Assembly (NCBI GenBank): GCA_003550645.1
Contig: PUKV01000040.1
Coordinates: 1-52,405 of the forward strand
Length of the DNA: 52,405 nucleotides
Direction of reading: 5' to 3'
Source: Syntrophomonadaceae bacterium
GTDB taxonomy: Bacteria; Bacillota; Dethiobacteria; DTU022
In this document: piece after piece, positions 26,530 to 35,962 of the stretch
How the letters are laid out: each line of letters opens with the position of its first letter
Numbering within the stretch: position 1 is the first letter of the stretch
Translations under genes and position numbers: made by a program
The notes under the pieces: generated by a model
What the model saw: only the letters and a program-made list of their open reading frames with translations
Told to the model about the DNA's origin: nothing
Database searches by the model: none

Positions 26530-27321
26530 CTAGTAAGCTTCGCGGAAGCTGTCCGCATCATGTATGGATATAACAATGGTAACGCGGCGGTTTTTGGCTC
26601 TTCCCTCCGGAGTTTCATTCGATTCCAGGGGTTGGAATTCACCGTAACCGGTTGCTGTTAAGCTGTGGGGATCAAGCCCCTGTTCTTCTGCCAGGTAACG
26701 GGTTACCCTTACCGACCTGATTACAGACAGTTCCCAGTTAGTTGGAAATTCAGGAACATTCATCGGCAGGTTACAGGTATGCCCCTCAATGATTAGATTG
26801 CGGTCAAGGCGCCTGAATAATTCAGAAAACTTGTCCAGCATCTGCCGGGCTTCCGGGATCAAATCAGCTTTAGCCCTTTCGAAAAAAATATAGTCCGGCA
26901 GCTCCATAACCACTCCCCGTTCATCCAAACCCAGCTCCACTTCTCCTTCCAGGCCCATCTGATCAAGAAAAGCCTCCACTTCTTCCATAACTTCTTCGGC
27001 TTCGCGGACTTGTTCCATTAAAGCAGCTTCAGAAAATACACCCTCCTCGTGGCTCAGGGCTTCGCCTGTAGGTTCATAAGGATCAGGGGTTTGATCCATA
27101 ATCCCTGTATCGCCCAGGAATGACGTCTGGATGGAAATAATCACGGTCTGGAATCGTTCAATATCTATTACCGAAATGGAATAAAGTAATATGAAAAAGG
27201 TCAATAACAGGGTAACCATGTCGGAATAAGTCGTCATCCAGTGCGGGCTTCCCTGCGGCCCCTGCCCTTTTTTACCGCGCTGCCGCCCGGTTGTTGTTCG
27301 GTTATGGTTTGCACTAGGCAT
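26530..27321 (-). CDS. motB: Flagellar stator protein MotB (OmpA-like peptidoglycan-binding C-terminus)
   Basis: 263 aa. WMTTYSDMVTLLLTFFILL plug/TM region and NWELSVIRSVRVTRYL...GYGEFQPL...AKNRRV. Overlaps motA by 8 nt. Confidence 0.88.
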   Translation of the reverse strand: MPSANHNRTTTGRQRGKKGQGPQGSPHWMTTYSDMVTLLLTFFILLYSISVIDIERFQTVIISIQTSFLGDTGIMDQTPDPYEPTGEALSHEEGVFSEAALMEQVREAEEVMEEVEAFLDQMGLEGEVELGLDERGVVMELPDYIFFERAKADLIPEARQMLDKFSELFRRLDRNLIIEGHTCNLPMNVPEFPTNWELSVIRSVRVTRYLAEEQGLDPHSLTATGYGEFQPLESNETPEGRAKNRRVTIVISIHDADSFREAY

Positions 27322-28135
27322 CGATCAGCATATCCTCCTCTTCATCCGGGCTTTCCTTGCCTTTTTCCAGCAGTCTCTTTTCCTGCGGTGAAAAGTATGA
27401 CTTAATCTGTTCTTGCAGCAAACGCGGGTTGATCCCGCTTTGCAGGGCCAGCAGGGCCTCAATGATGATTTCCTTCATTCGCACTTCTTCTTCGCTGTAA
27501 ATAGCCAGCTTACCGGCTACAGGGTTAAAAACCAGGTTGGCCAATAGCACGCCATAAAATGTAGTAAGCAGGGCTACGGCCATGCCTGGCCCGATGGCAC
27601 TGGGATCATCAAGTTCAGAAAGCATCATCACCAGGCCGATCAGGGTTCCAATCATGCCAAATGAGGGGGACATCGCTCCCCAGGTCCGGAACAGGTTTTG
27701 TCCCAGATCATGACGGTTCTCTAGTGAGGACAGCTCGGCATTCAAGATTTGGCGGATATTGTCCGGTTCAAAACCGTCGATCACCATCTGCAGACCATTG
27801 CGGAAAAATGGATCTTCGATTTCATCCAGTTCATCCTCCAGGACAAGCAAGCCTTCCCGCCGTGCTTTCTGGGCCAGGTTTAAAAACCGGGCGTGCAAAT
27901 CGAGAATCGACTCATCTTTTTGTAAAAAAACTTTTTTTGTGACCTGGAAAACCGTTTTCATTTCATCAACGCGGAAATTAACCATCAACGCTCCCATGGA
28001 ACCACCTATGGTAATCATCAACCCGGCCGGGTTCCAGAAAGCATTCAGGTCCCCATCCTGGACCATAATGCCTGATACAACCAGGCTGAAGCCAAGCAGG
28101 ACCCCCACGACTGTCATAATGTCAAATTTCTTCAT
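27314..28135 (-). CDS. motA: Flagellar stator protein MotA
   Basis: 273 aa, MotA/TolQ/ExbB family (SFGMIGTLIGLVMML, MAVALLTTFYGVLLANLVFNPVAGKL). Confidence 0.9.
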   Translation of the reverse strand: MKKFDIMTVVGVLLGFSLVVSGIMVQDGDLNAFWNPAGLMITIGGSMGALMVNFRVDEMKTVFQVTKKVFLQKDESILDLHARFLNLAQKARREGLLVLEDELDEIEDPFFRNGLQMVIDGFEPDNIRQILNAELSSLENRHDLGQNLFRTWGAMSPSFGMIGTLIGLVMMLSELDDPSAIGPGMAVALLTTFYGVLLANLVFNPVAGKLAIYSEEEVRMKEIIIEALLALQSGINPRLLQEQIKSYFSPQEKRLLEKGKESPDEEEDMLIDA

Positions 28136-28170
28136 GGCTATGGCTACCTCTCCGCATTTTTAGCCCGGCA

Positions 28171-28202
28171 GGGCCGGCCTGGGTTATATAACGGGCCGGC
28201 CC
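28171..28202 (-). other. Very stable GC-only hairpin in the flgE-motA intergenic spacer
   Basis: GGGCCGGCCTG (28171-28181) pairs with CGGGCCGGCCC (28192-28202): 11 bp including one G-U, with the 10-nt loop GGTTATATAA. Neither strand has a U-tract after it. Confidence 0.55.
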
Positions 28203-28216
28203 AGCCGTTAAACTGG

Positions 28217-29800
28217 TTACCGTTTCATGTTCACTACTTCAGTAAGCACTTCATCGGATGTGGTCACTACCCGGGTATTGGCCTGAAAAGCGCGGCTGGT
28301 AGTAATCAACTCGGTAAACTCATAAGCTAGATCCGTATTTGAAAGCTCCAGGGCCGAGGACTGCAGGAGCCCCCTTCCTTCGGTACCGGGCGCTCCAACC
28401 TGGGCATCTCCTGAATTGATAGTTTCACTGAACAAATTGCCACCCTCTTTCTGCAGGCCCTCCGGGTTGGAAAAAGTAGCGATGGATAGCTGCCCAAATT
28501 CCTGATTCATCCCGTTGGTGTAGGTACCGGTTACTACTCCGGCCCGGTCAATATCAAAAGCAGCCAGAGCTCCGGCTTCATAACCGTCCTGCTCGCGAAC
28601 CAGGAGGTTATTGGTTCCGGCCAGCTGGGTGGCAGCACTAAAATCGGGAGCTACATCAACCTGGGCCGCATCCCCGGGAGGATCAAAGACCAGGCTGGGT
28701 ATAACTGAATTATCTTCATCAAATCCCCCGTTTTCATCAAAAACAAGGGTTCCCGTGTCTCCGTCCAAAACATCAATGATGTTTCCATCAGCATCGGAAA
28801 CCGTCAGTTCATACTGCCATTGATTGTGACCAACAGGGGTAAACGTGTAATCGACATCGTAACGGCGCCCGAGTGAATCATGGACATAGTAGGGGAAACT
28901 ATATGCTTCGGCGACTTCATCACTGCCATCAACAGTTTCCGGGGCATCGCCAAAAAGAACAGCAACATCATCGCCGCCTACCGTTACAGTGGAATCTGCC
29001 CCCAAACTACCTGAAGTTATAACCAGGAAACCGTCGTCATCGAAAGAGGCCGTGGCACCAGCCAGGCCGTCCCATTCACTTAAGTCATCACCATCTGGAT
29101 CTTCACCATCATTGATGGCAACAAGGAGCTCGTCCTGGTCATTAATGTCATCCATCTCATCAGCAGTAAGTTCCATTTCCTGAACAGCCCCACCATCGAT
29201 GGTAAATTCAATGGTTATTGCTTGATTTAAAGCAGCGATTGCAGCATCATCAAGAGCTATCGCCCCGTTTACGCTGCCGGAAGTAGCTTCATAGTAGGAC
29301 CCTGCATCAAGGTTGCCGGCAAAGCGCATGTTTTCCGTAGCCTGGGCTACCATATTGTCATCTACGGGAATATTGATCGGGGTTCCATCAATACCGATAA
29401 CCCTTAAACCGTTATCATTAACCAGGTTGCCCTGCCGGTCCAGTCCAAATGAACCGTCACGGGTGTAATATTCCATCTGGCCGTCGGTAACAACAAAGTA
29501 GCCCTCTCCTTCAATGGCCAGGTCGGTAACCCGGTCGGTTGAGGTGATCGCTCCCTGGGTATGAATATCGGTAATGGAGGAGACTCTCATGCCCAGGCCA
29601 ACCTGGGAAGGGTTAATCCCGCCCCGGTCTTCCATCGGACCGGTAGCGCCCTGGATGGTCTGGCTGATCAGGTCTTCAAAACGAGCCTGGGATTTCTTAA
29701 AACCAACAGTGTTAACATTGGCAATGTTGTTGCCTACTACATCGAGTTTTTGCTGGTGGCCCCTGAGGCCGGTAACAGCAGCACTCATCGATCTAATCAT
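28217..29800 (-). CDS. flgE: Flagellar hook protein FlgE (with an acidic central insertion)
   Basis: 527 aa. N-terminal MIRSMSAAVTGLRGHQQKLDVVGNNIANVNTVGFKKS and C-terminal SNTDLAYEFTELITTSRAFQANTRVVTTSDEVL. Confidence 0.92.
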   Translation of the reverse strand: MIRSMSAAVTGLRGHQQKLDVVGNNIANVNTVGFKKSQARFEDLISQTIQGATGPMEDRGGINPSQVGLGMRVSSITDIHTQGAITSTDRVTDLAIEGEGYFVVTDGQMEYYTRDGSFGLDRQGNLVNDNGLRVIGIDGTPINIPVDDNMVAQATENMRFAGNLDAGSYYEATSGSVNGAIALDDAAIAALNQAITIEFTIDGGAVQEMELTADEMDDINDQDELLVAINDGEDPDGDDLSEWDGLAGATASFDDDGFLVITSGSLGADSTVTVGGDDVAVLFGDAPETVDGSDEVAEAYSFPYYVHDSLGRRYDVDYTFTPVGHNQWQYELTVSDADGNIIDVLDGDTGTLVFDENGGFDEDNSVIPSLVFDPPGDAAQVDVAPDFSAATQLAGTNNLLVREQDGYEAGALAAFDIDRAGVVTGTYTNGMNQEFGQLSIATFSNPEGLQKEGGNLFSETINSGDAQVGAPGTEGRGLLQSSALELSNTDLAYEFTELITTSRAFQANTRVVTTSDEVLTEVVNMKR

Positions 29801-29908
29801 TACAAAAACCTCCTTCAGCCCTCTTCGGGCTTATTATGGTTGAAGCGGCGCGGCGTCCTGCGTCGGTCAATCGGCAGAACAAGGCTTCCTCAAAAGGAGG
29901 TCCGGCCT

Positions 29909-30307
29909 TTACTTTAAAATACCCGCGCTGTCAATACCTGTAAAAACCTGCTCCTGCTCATCAGATCCATCAACCGCCGTTATTATAGTCCGGTTGGTCA
30001 CGCTGGCCAGCAGCGCTACATCACCAAACATCAGCAAAGAGGAACGGGCTCCTTTTTCCTTCACTTTATCCATTGCCTGCTCTATCCTGTGCATGTCTTC
30101 TTCACCCAGCTCAATTTTGCGACTTTCTATGCGTTCCCTGGCATGGGCGGAAAAAACTACTTCTCGCTTTTCCTGCATTTGGTCAAGAAACTGGTGAAAA
30201 GATACGCTGTTTTTATCTTGCTCCTGCTTTTTTACGCCGCCCTTACCCGTTTGCGGTTTTAAATCAGGATCGGTAGGCTTGATATGCGGCCCTGTTTTAT
30301 CAACCAT
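29909..30307 (-). CDS. Small flagellar operon protein found between flgD and flgE in Firmicutes (TIGR02530-like, function unknown)
   Basis: 132 aa. FSAHARERIESRKIELGEEDMHRIEQAMDKVKEKGARSSLLMFGDVALLASVTNRTIITAVD. Overlaps the flgD stop by 8 nt. Confidence 0.6.
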   Translation of the reverse strand: MVDKTGPHIKPTDPDLKPQTGKGGVKKQEQDKNSVSFHQFLDQMQEKREVVFSAHARERIESRKIELGEEDMHRIEQAMDKVKEKGARSSLLMFGDVALLASVTNRTIITAVDGSDEQEQVFTGIDSAGILK

Positions 30308-30734
30308 TTTCAGTTCCGCCTCCCCTGGCCCGGATCAGCGCGCTGAGTGGATAATCATTCTCACCGACCGTTAGATATGGCCCCGCACTGCGGAATTCCA
30401 CCGCGCTGACTATCCCACTAACGCTCTCATCTCCGGAGCCTGCTACTTCTACTTCCTGGTTCAACAAACCCAGGGCATGCTGCTTATCCAGGGATTCTGA
30501 CTGCTTTTCCACAGTCTGCTGCAGGCTAACTACCTGCTCGAGCAGGGTGAACATCGTTAACTGGGTAATCATGTCCCCCGTATCCTGGGTTTCAGACAGG
30601 GGATCCTGGTAGCGCAGCTGGGTAACCAGAAGCTGCAGGAATAAATCACTGTCAAATTCCTGCCCCGGCATCTTTCCGGCCGGTGAACTGCCGGCTGTGG
30701 ATGCTGCCTGGTTAATCCCCGTTATATCGGTCAT
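30300..30734 (-). CDS. flgD: Flagellar hook capping/assembly protein FlgD
   Basis: 144 aa with the FLQLLVTQLRYQDPL motif. Confidence 0.85.
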   Translation of the reverse strand: MTDITGINQAASTAGSSPAGKMPGQEFDSDLFLQLLVTQLRYQDPLSETQDTGDMITQLTMFTLLEQVVSLQQTVEKQSESLDKQHALGLLNQEVEVAGSGDESVSGIVSAVEFRSAGPYLTVGENDYPLSALIRARGGGTENG

Positions 30735-30749
30735 TAAACAATCCCTCCC

Positions 30750-32240
30750 TTAAGCCCAGTAATCAATCCCGCTGTTAGGTCTGGTAACTGCTGCATCGAT
30801 CGGGTCTTGTTCACTTTCTGCAGTCGAAAAACCTTCACCCTGGGATTCACCAGGATTACCATTCCGGCCAAAATTTCCTGCACCGGAACGATCCGAACCG
30901 GCAGAATGATTTCCTGCATTCGCACCATCCTGCTGTTCGAATTGAATGCTGACAAAGTTCATCCTCTGCCTCAGCTCAGCAATGCTGCTTTCCAGGATTT
31001 CCCTGACCAGTGAGGATTCTGCCAGGATTGACGCGGAAAGCTGGCCTTGCTTGGAAAAAACCCGGACTGTAACTTCACCCAGTTCAGGCGGATGCAGGGT
31101 CAGGCGCATCTCTGCCGGGTTAGACCCGGTTTCACGAAAATAGGTTAACCGCCCTTCGAGCTGCTGGATTATACTTTCACGCATACTTTCCAGCTGGGGA
31201 GGCAGTACCTTTTCTCCCGGGAATGGATTTGCATCCTGAACAAAACCCTGTTGGAAAACACCCTCCTGCCCGGCCATCTGCGGAGGCGGAACGGTTTTTG
31301 CCTGCTGGACTGCGCTTTTATCTGCCTTTGCATTAGCTGATTGCTTCATAGTCCCGGCACTGCCGCCTTCCATATCAGCCCCTGTCGAAAAAGACTCAGC
31401 AGCATATTTCAGCGGGCTGCCATCAAGGTTGAGTCCGCCCTTCCCGGAAGCATCACCTTTACCGGAATTAGCAATCTTCTGATTGGCGGCAAGATTATTC
31501 TTTGAATCACCGGAACTGCGCAACCTGGCCCATTCAGGAACCCTGGAGTCAAGCGGAGACCGGTCCGTTTCTGCAGCAAACCAGGTTTTGCGCTCTGAAC
31601 TAGCCTCTAAGCCTTTACTGCTGCTTTCATTAGCTTTTTCTCCACCGCCGGACTTAATAAACTCCTTAAGATTGCCGGTATCCTGCGCGCTTCTTTTCCC
31701 GGGTTCACCTTCCAGGATTTCCTGCACAAAAGCGGGTTTTGATTTAGACGTGTCGCTGTTTTTTGGTCCTGCCCTGTTTTCTCCCCCGATGAGGCCTTCC
31801 TTGTTCAGGGCTGCTTTTAAATCCGAATTTTTAAAGCCTTCCCGAAATATCTCCGGGTTTTCCTTGTTGAAAAGCTCATTTGCCACTTTCAGCAGGTCGC
31901 TCTTTTGCTCCACGCTTCCAGGATCTGCAGCGGTTGAAACTAACTTTTCAATTAACGAATGCAGACCTTCAGATAACGAATGCAGACCTTCAGACTCGAA
32001 ATGATTAGCCAATTGCTGCAGCTGCAGAGCAATATCCATACGGTTTTCCTCAGCAATGCTCCGCTTTGTCAGGAGCAGTTCTTCAATTCCCGGGGGCATT
32101 TCCCTGTTATTAGCCTCCAGGGTTTCTTGCAGAACCGCATCGAAAGACACATCCGGCGGATCTTTGAATGTGCCTACCTGCCCGACGATAAGCTTATCAA
32201 GCTGCTCCAAAAATGCCATTTCCACTTTCAAGTTAATCAC
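30750..32240 (-). CDS. fliK: Flagellar hook-length control protein FliK
   Basis: 496-aa ORF, low complexity, with a C-terminal Flg_hook-like segment (EMRLTLHPPELGEVTVRVFSKQGQLSASILAESSLVREILESSIAELRQRM). The real start is probably the TTG at 32231, 8 nt after GGAGG, rather than the GTG at 32240. Confidence 0.8.
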   Translation of the reverse strand: MINLKVEMAFLEQLDKLIVGQVGTFKDPPDVSFDAVLQETLEANNREMPPGIEELLLTKRSIAEENRMDIALQLQQLANHFESEGLHSLSEGLHSLIEKLVSTAADPGSVEQKSDLLKVANELFNKENPEIFREGFKNSDLKAALNKEGLIGGENRAGPKNSDTSKSKPAFVQEILEGEPGKRSAQDTGNLKEFIKSGGGEKANESSSKGLEASSERKTWFAAETDRSPLDSRVPEWARLRSSGDSKNNLAANQKIANSGKGDASGKGGLNLDGSPLKYAAESFSTGADMEGGSAGTMKQSANAKADKSAVQQAKTVPPPQMAGQEGVFQQGFVQDANPFPGEKVLPPQLESMRESIIQQLEGRLTYFRETGSNPAEMRLTLHPPELGEVTVRVFSKQGQLSASILAESSLVREILESSIAELRQRMNFVSIQFEQQDGANAGNHSAGSDRSGAGNFGRNGNPGESQGEGFSTAESEQDPIDAAVTRPNSGIDYWA

Positions 32241-32682
32241 CTCCTTTCCTGAAATATGAGTTTATTACCAGTTCATCGATTAATTTCTGTTCGTTTATTT
32301 TTTCCTGCCTCAGGTGCTCCACACTGGCCTTGCTCTTTAATATTTCCAGCATCCTTTTTTTACGCCAGCACTGTTTTGCCACTTCACGTTGTTCTTCAAC
32401 CTGCGTTTTTTTCTTTCTGTACTGCTCGGCCTGCCGGTCGAGAAGGCCTTCCAGATGCCTGTTGTATTCCTGGGTAACCTGCAGGTTAGGCAGTTCAATA
32501 TCTGCTTCTACCTGTTTTTGCCACCAGTCAAGCAGGTATTCTTCTTTTTTTTTCAAACCGCTTAATTTCGCTGTTTCTTTTTCCAGCGCCATTTTTCGCA
32601 TACCCAGTTCCCTGATTGCTTCTTCTTCCTGCATATTTCGGAAACCCAGTAAGCGCTGCAGCCTGAAGTTATAAGATTTCAT
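32233..32682 (-). CDS. fliJ: Flagellar export chaperone/stalk protein FliJ
   Basis: 149-aa all-helical protein starting FRLQRLLGFRNMQEEEA, located directly after fliI. Confidence 0.75.
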   Translation of the reverse strand: MKSYNFRLQRLLGFRNMQEEEAIRELGMRKMALEKETAKLSGLKKKEEYLLDWWQKQVEADIELPNLQVTQEYNRHLEGLLDRQAEQYRKKKTQVEEQREVAKQCWRKKRMLEILKSKASVEHLRQEKINEQKLIDELVINSYFRKGGD

Positions 32683-32745
32683 AATGCCTATCCTTTCCAG
32701 TACTTTTTCAGCGGCATCAGTAATAGCCTTGCTCTAAATCAAGCC

Positions 32746-34071
32746 TTAACTAACCACATTCTGTAACAGTTCCAGGGTGTTTCCCAGGCTGTAGTATTCA
32801 TCGGGATCCTGGCGCAAAAATTTTAGCAGTTCAGGGCGCTTTTGTATGGCCCGGTCTATTTCCGGTTGTGAGCCTGCCACGTAGGCGCCGATATTGATCA
32901 AGTCCTCCATCGATTCATATTTTGCCAGCAGCTTCCTGGATTCAGCAGCCAGTTCATTATGCTTTTCTCCAATCAGGTTCAACATGAGCCGGCTGTTGCT
33001 ATTTAAAACATCTACTGCCGGGAACTGATTCTGGGAAGCTATTTTTCGGCTTAAAACAATGTGGCCATCCAGGATGCTGCGCACAGCATCAGTAATCGGC
33101 TCCGTAAAATCATCGCCGTCAACCAGCACATTGTAAAACCCGGTAATGCTTCCCCTGCTTGCAGTTCCTGAACGCTCCAGGAAACGGGCTATAAGGGCAA
33201 AAACAGAAGGTGTGTAACCTTTAGTAGAAGGCGGTTCTCCCACGGCCAGGCCAATTTCCCGCTGGGCCATGCAAAAACGGGTTACTGAATCCATCATAAA
33301 AATCACTTTTTTGCCGCAATCCCTGAAATATTCGGCGATGCTGATAGCTACCATTGCCCCCATTACTCTTTCCAGGGCAGGACGGTCGGATGTAGAAACC
33401 ACTACTATTGATCTTTTTAAGCCTTCTTCACCTAAGTCCCGGCGAATAAAATCGCCCACTTCCCGGCCGCGTTCACCAATTAAGGCAATCACATTAACAT
33501 CCGAATCGCTGTGCCGGGCGATCATGCCAAGCAGGGTGCTTTTACCAACCCCGCTACCTGAAAATATTCCGACTCTCTGCCCTTCACCGCAGGTAAGCAG
33601 GCTGTCTATAGCCTTGACCCCCGTGGCCAATATATTATTAATAGGCTTTCTTTCCATCGGGTTGGGCGGGCTGTTGTTAACCTGGTATTCCCAGCCCTCA
33701 TCTGCGTTAAGCGGCGCCTCCCCACTGTCCAGCACATAACCCAGACCGTCTAAAACCCGACCCTTCAACTTTTCACTTACCCGGAGGGAAAAACTTTTAC
33801 CAGTCGGCTCGACCACACAGCCCGGAGCGATCCCCTTCAAATCACCAAGCGGCATCAGCAGGCAGCAGTTTTCTCGAAAACCGACTACTTCGGCCACAAA
33901 CTCAGCCCCAGAATTGGAGCGGATATGACAAATCTCACCGATGAAAGGCCGGATTCCGCTAACCTCGATGACCAGGCCAATAACCTGGCGTACCTTGCCT
34001 TTAACCCGCCCTCCTGCTACAGCAGTAAGGCTCGAGAGGTATTTTACATTAGATGCTTTAGTGCCGCTCAT
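32746..34071 (-). CDS. fliI: Flagellum-specific ATPase FliI
   Basis: Walker A GSGVGKSTLLGMIAR and Walker B VIFMMDSVTR. The ORF extends to 34119, but the ATG at 34071 (MSGTKAS) follows GAGGAAGGA and overlaps the fliH stop. Confidence 0.93.
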   Translation of the reverse strand: MSGTKASNVKYLSSLTAVAGGRVKGKVRQVIGLVIEVSGIRPFIGEICHIRSNSGAEFVAEVVGFRENCCLLMPLGDLKGIAPGCVVEPTGKSFSLRVSEKLKGRVLDGLGYVLDSGEAPLNADEGWEYQVNNSPPNPMERKPINNILATGVKAIDSLLTCGEGQRVGIFSGSGVGKSTLLGMIARHSDSDVNVIALIGERGREVGDFIRRDLGEEGLKRSIVVVSTSDRPALERVMGAMVAISIAEYFRDCGKKVIFMMDSVTRFCMAQREIGLAVGEPPSTKGYTPSVFALIARFLERSGTASRGSITGFYNVLVDGDDFTEPITDAVRSILDGHIVLSRKIASQNQFPAVDVLNSNSRLMLNLIGEKHNELAAESRKLLAKYESMEDLINIGAYVAGSQPEIDRAIQKRPELLKFLRQDPDEYYSLGNTLELLQNVVS

Positions 34072-34966
34072 AAGCAGATCCTTCCTCTTCATAAAGTCCG
34101 GCTTCGTCCTGACGGGCAATGTTTAACAACAATTCTTCGAGCTGTGTTTTTTCTTCATCGATAATATATTCCGCAACCCCCATCTCCGACTCCACCCGGC
34201 AGCTGCCCCTGGGGATTTTTTCATCGGCAATGATGTCCAGTTTGATGATTTCTTTAAAATCTTCCTTCAAACTACCTCGATATTTGAGGCAAGCCTCAAG
34301 ATCCGATGGATTGACATAAAGCTCTACCTGTTCGCCTCCATCAAGTATATTCATTGTTTCCTGGACAACACCGGTTATCGCTTCAGGATCGAGCTCCAAC
34401 TGCTTGCATACCAACCTTTCAGCCACTGCAACGGAAAGTTCTACAATCTTGTTTTCTGATGCAGCCACTATATCCTTCGCTTTTCTACGGGCATCACTAA
34501 GGATTTGCTGTGCTTCTTTTAGCCCGACTTCCGCTTCTGCCCGCGTAGCCCGGATTTCTTTTTCGGCTCTGCCTTTACCCTCTTCATACCCTTTCTTAAT
34601 ATACTGTTCCTTCTTCTCTTCCAGTATGGCCTGGGCAATTTCTTCAGGGTCCCTGTTGTCGCCATTATGATCGCTGTGCACATGATCGGGATCGTCATAG
34701 TCTTGATCCCCGGCCTGCTGCTTTTGAGCGTTATCATTACTACTACCGGGCCCGGCCGGGTTTTCTTCTTTTGGCCAAAAAGCGATTTCTTCATTCTCGG
34801 ATTCACGCTCAGTGCACTGGTATTCCTGCAACCCAGGTGCAGCATCATTTGTTAAGCCATATTCTTCAGGACCCTGGACGCTGCCGTTTCCGGCAAAATA
34901 TGAACAGGATCCCTCAATATATGGTTGCTTGTATACTTTTTTAGGCGATAATGGCATCGTCGCCAC
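34058..34966 (-). CDS. fliH: Flagellar assembly protein FliH, with a long acidic/His-rich N-terminal extension
   Basis: 302-aa ORF between fliG and fliI. Central E/K-rich helix (EEKKEQYIKKGYEEGKGRAEKEIRATRAEAE) and a FliH-like C-terminal domain. Start is ambiguous (GTG at 34966 or ATG at 34957). Confidence 0.78.
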   Translation of the reverse strand: MATMPLSPKKVYKQPYIEGSCSYFAGNGSVQGPEEYGLTNDAAPGLQEYQCTERESENEEIAFWPKEENPAGPGSSNDNAQKQQAGDQDYDDPDHVHSDHNGDNRDPEEIAQAILEEKKEQYIKKGYEEGKGRAEKEIRATRAEAEVGLKEAQQILSDARRKAKDIVAASENKIVELSVAVAERLVCKQLELDPEAITGVVQETMNILDGGEQVELYVNPSDLEACLKYRGSLKEDFKEIIKLDIIADEKIPRGSCRVESEMGVAEYIIDEEKTQLEELLLNIARQDEAGLYEEEGSAYERH

Positions 34967-35954
34967 CCCTGGAAATAATTATTTCTCCACTCTCATCAAG
35001 GCGCCTGATTACAGCTACCACCCGCTGCTGGGCTTCTTCAACCTCACGCAGGCGGACCGGCCCCATGAATTCCATGTTTTCCTCCAGTATTTCACCGGCA
35101 CGCTTGGAAATATTCTTGAAAATCCGGCTTTTGACTTCATCACTGGCCCCTTTAAGGGCCATGGCAATATCGTTGTTGTCAAGATCCCTGATAATCCTCT
35201 GGATGGAAGCGTCATCAAGGTTCACGATATCGTCAAAGATAAACATCTGCTGCCTGATTTCTTCTGCCAGTTCAGCATCCTCCTTTTCCAATTCTTCCAG
35301 GATTAATTTTTCAGTGCCCCGATCAACATTGTTTAAAATTTCAACCACGGAACTGATGCCCCCCGCAGAGGTAAAATCCTGCTGGAATATTGTCGAAAGG
35401 CGTTCCTGCATGACGCTCTCTACACCCTTGATAATCTGGGGTGAAGTCCTTTCCATTACCGCTATCCGGCGTGCGATGTCGCTTTGAATTTCCTGCGGCA
35501 GTTCAGAAAGGACCATCGCCGACTGATCGGAATCAAGGTAAGAAAGAATAAATGCAATGGTCTGGGGATGTTCCTGGCTGATCATATTAACCAGCTGCTT
35601 GGTGTCGGCATTGCGCACGAATGTAAAAGGTTTAACCTTGCTCGACTCCTTGAGCCTTTTCATAAGGTCGCCGGCCTTCTGAGGGCCCAGGGTCCGTTCA
35701 AGGATCTCCTTGGCATAATCATAACCGCCGTTAACCATATACTGCTGGGCTTCATGAATCGCGGAAAACTCATTTAAAATATCATCCAGGCTTTCCCTCT
35801 CCACCCTGGTGGTATTGGCAATTTCCATGCTGATTTTTTCTATTTCTGCCTCGTTAAAATGTTTCAAGATACCGGCTGAAAGATTTGGCCCCAACGCCAG
35901 CAGAAATACGGCAATCTTTCTCAGTCCCGAGATATTTTGCCTTGGTGCAACCAT
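34941..35954 (-). CDS. fliG: Flagellar motor switch protein FliG
   Basis: 337 aa. KIAVFLLALG, LSELPQEIQSDIARRIAVM, MFIFDDIVNLDD and EVEEAQQRVV. Confidence 0.95.
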   Translation of the reverse strand: MVAPRQNISGLRKIAVFLLALGPNLSAGILKHFNEAEIEKISMEIANTTRVERESLDDILNEFSAIHEAQQYMVNGGYDYAKEILERTLGPQKAGDLMKRLKESSKVKPFTFVRNADTKQLVNMISQEHPQTIAFILSYLDSDQSAMVLSELPQEIQSDIARRIAVMERTSPQIIKGVESVMQERLSTIFQQDFTSAGGISSVVEILNNVDRGTEKLILEELEKEDAELAEEIRQQMFIFDDIVNLDDASIQRIIRDLDNNDIAMALKGASDEVKSRIFKNISKRAGEILEENMEFMGPVRLREVEEAQQRVVAVIRRLDESGEIIISRGGDDAIIA

Positions 35955-35962
35955 GTTATCAC

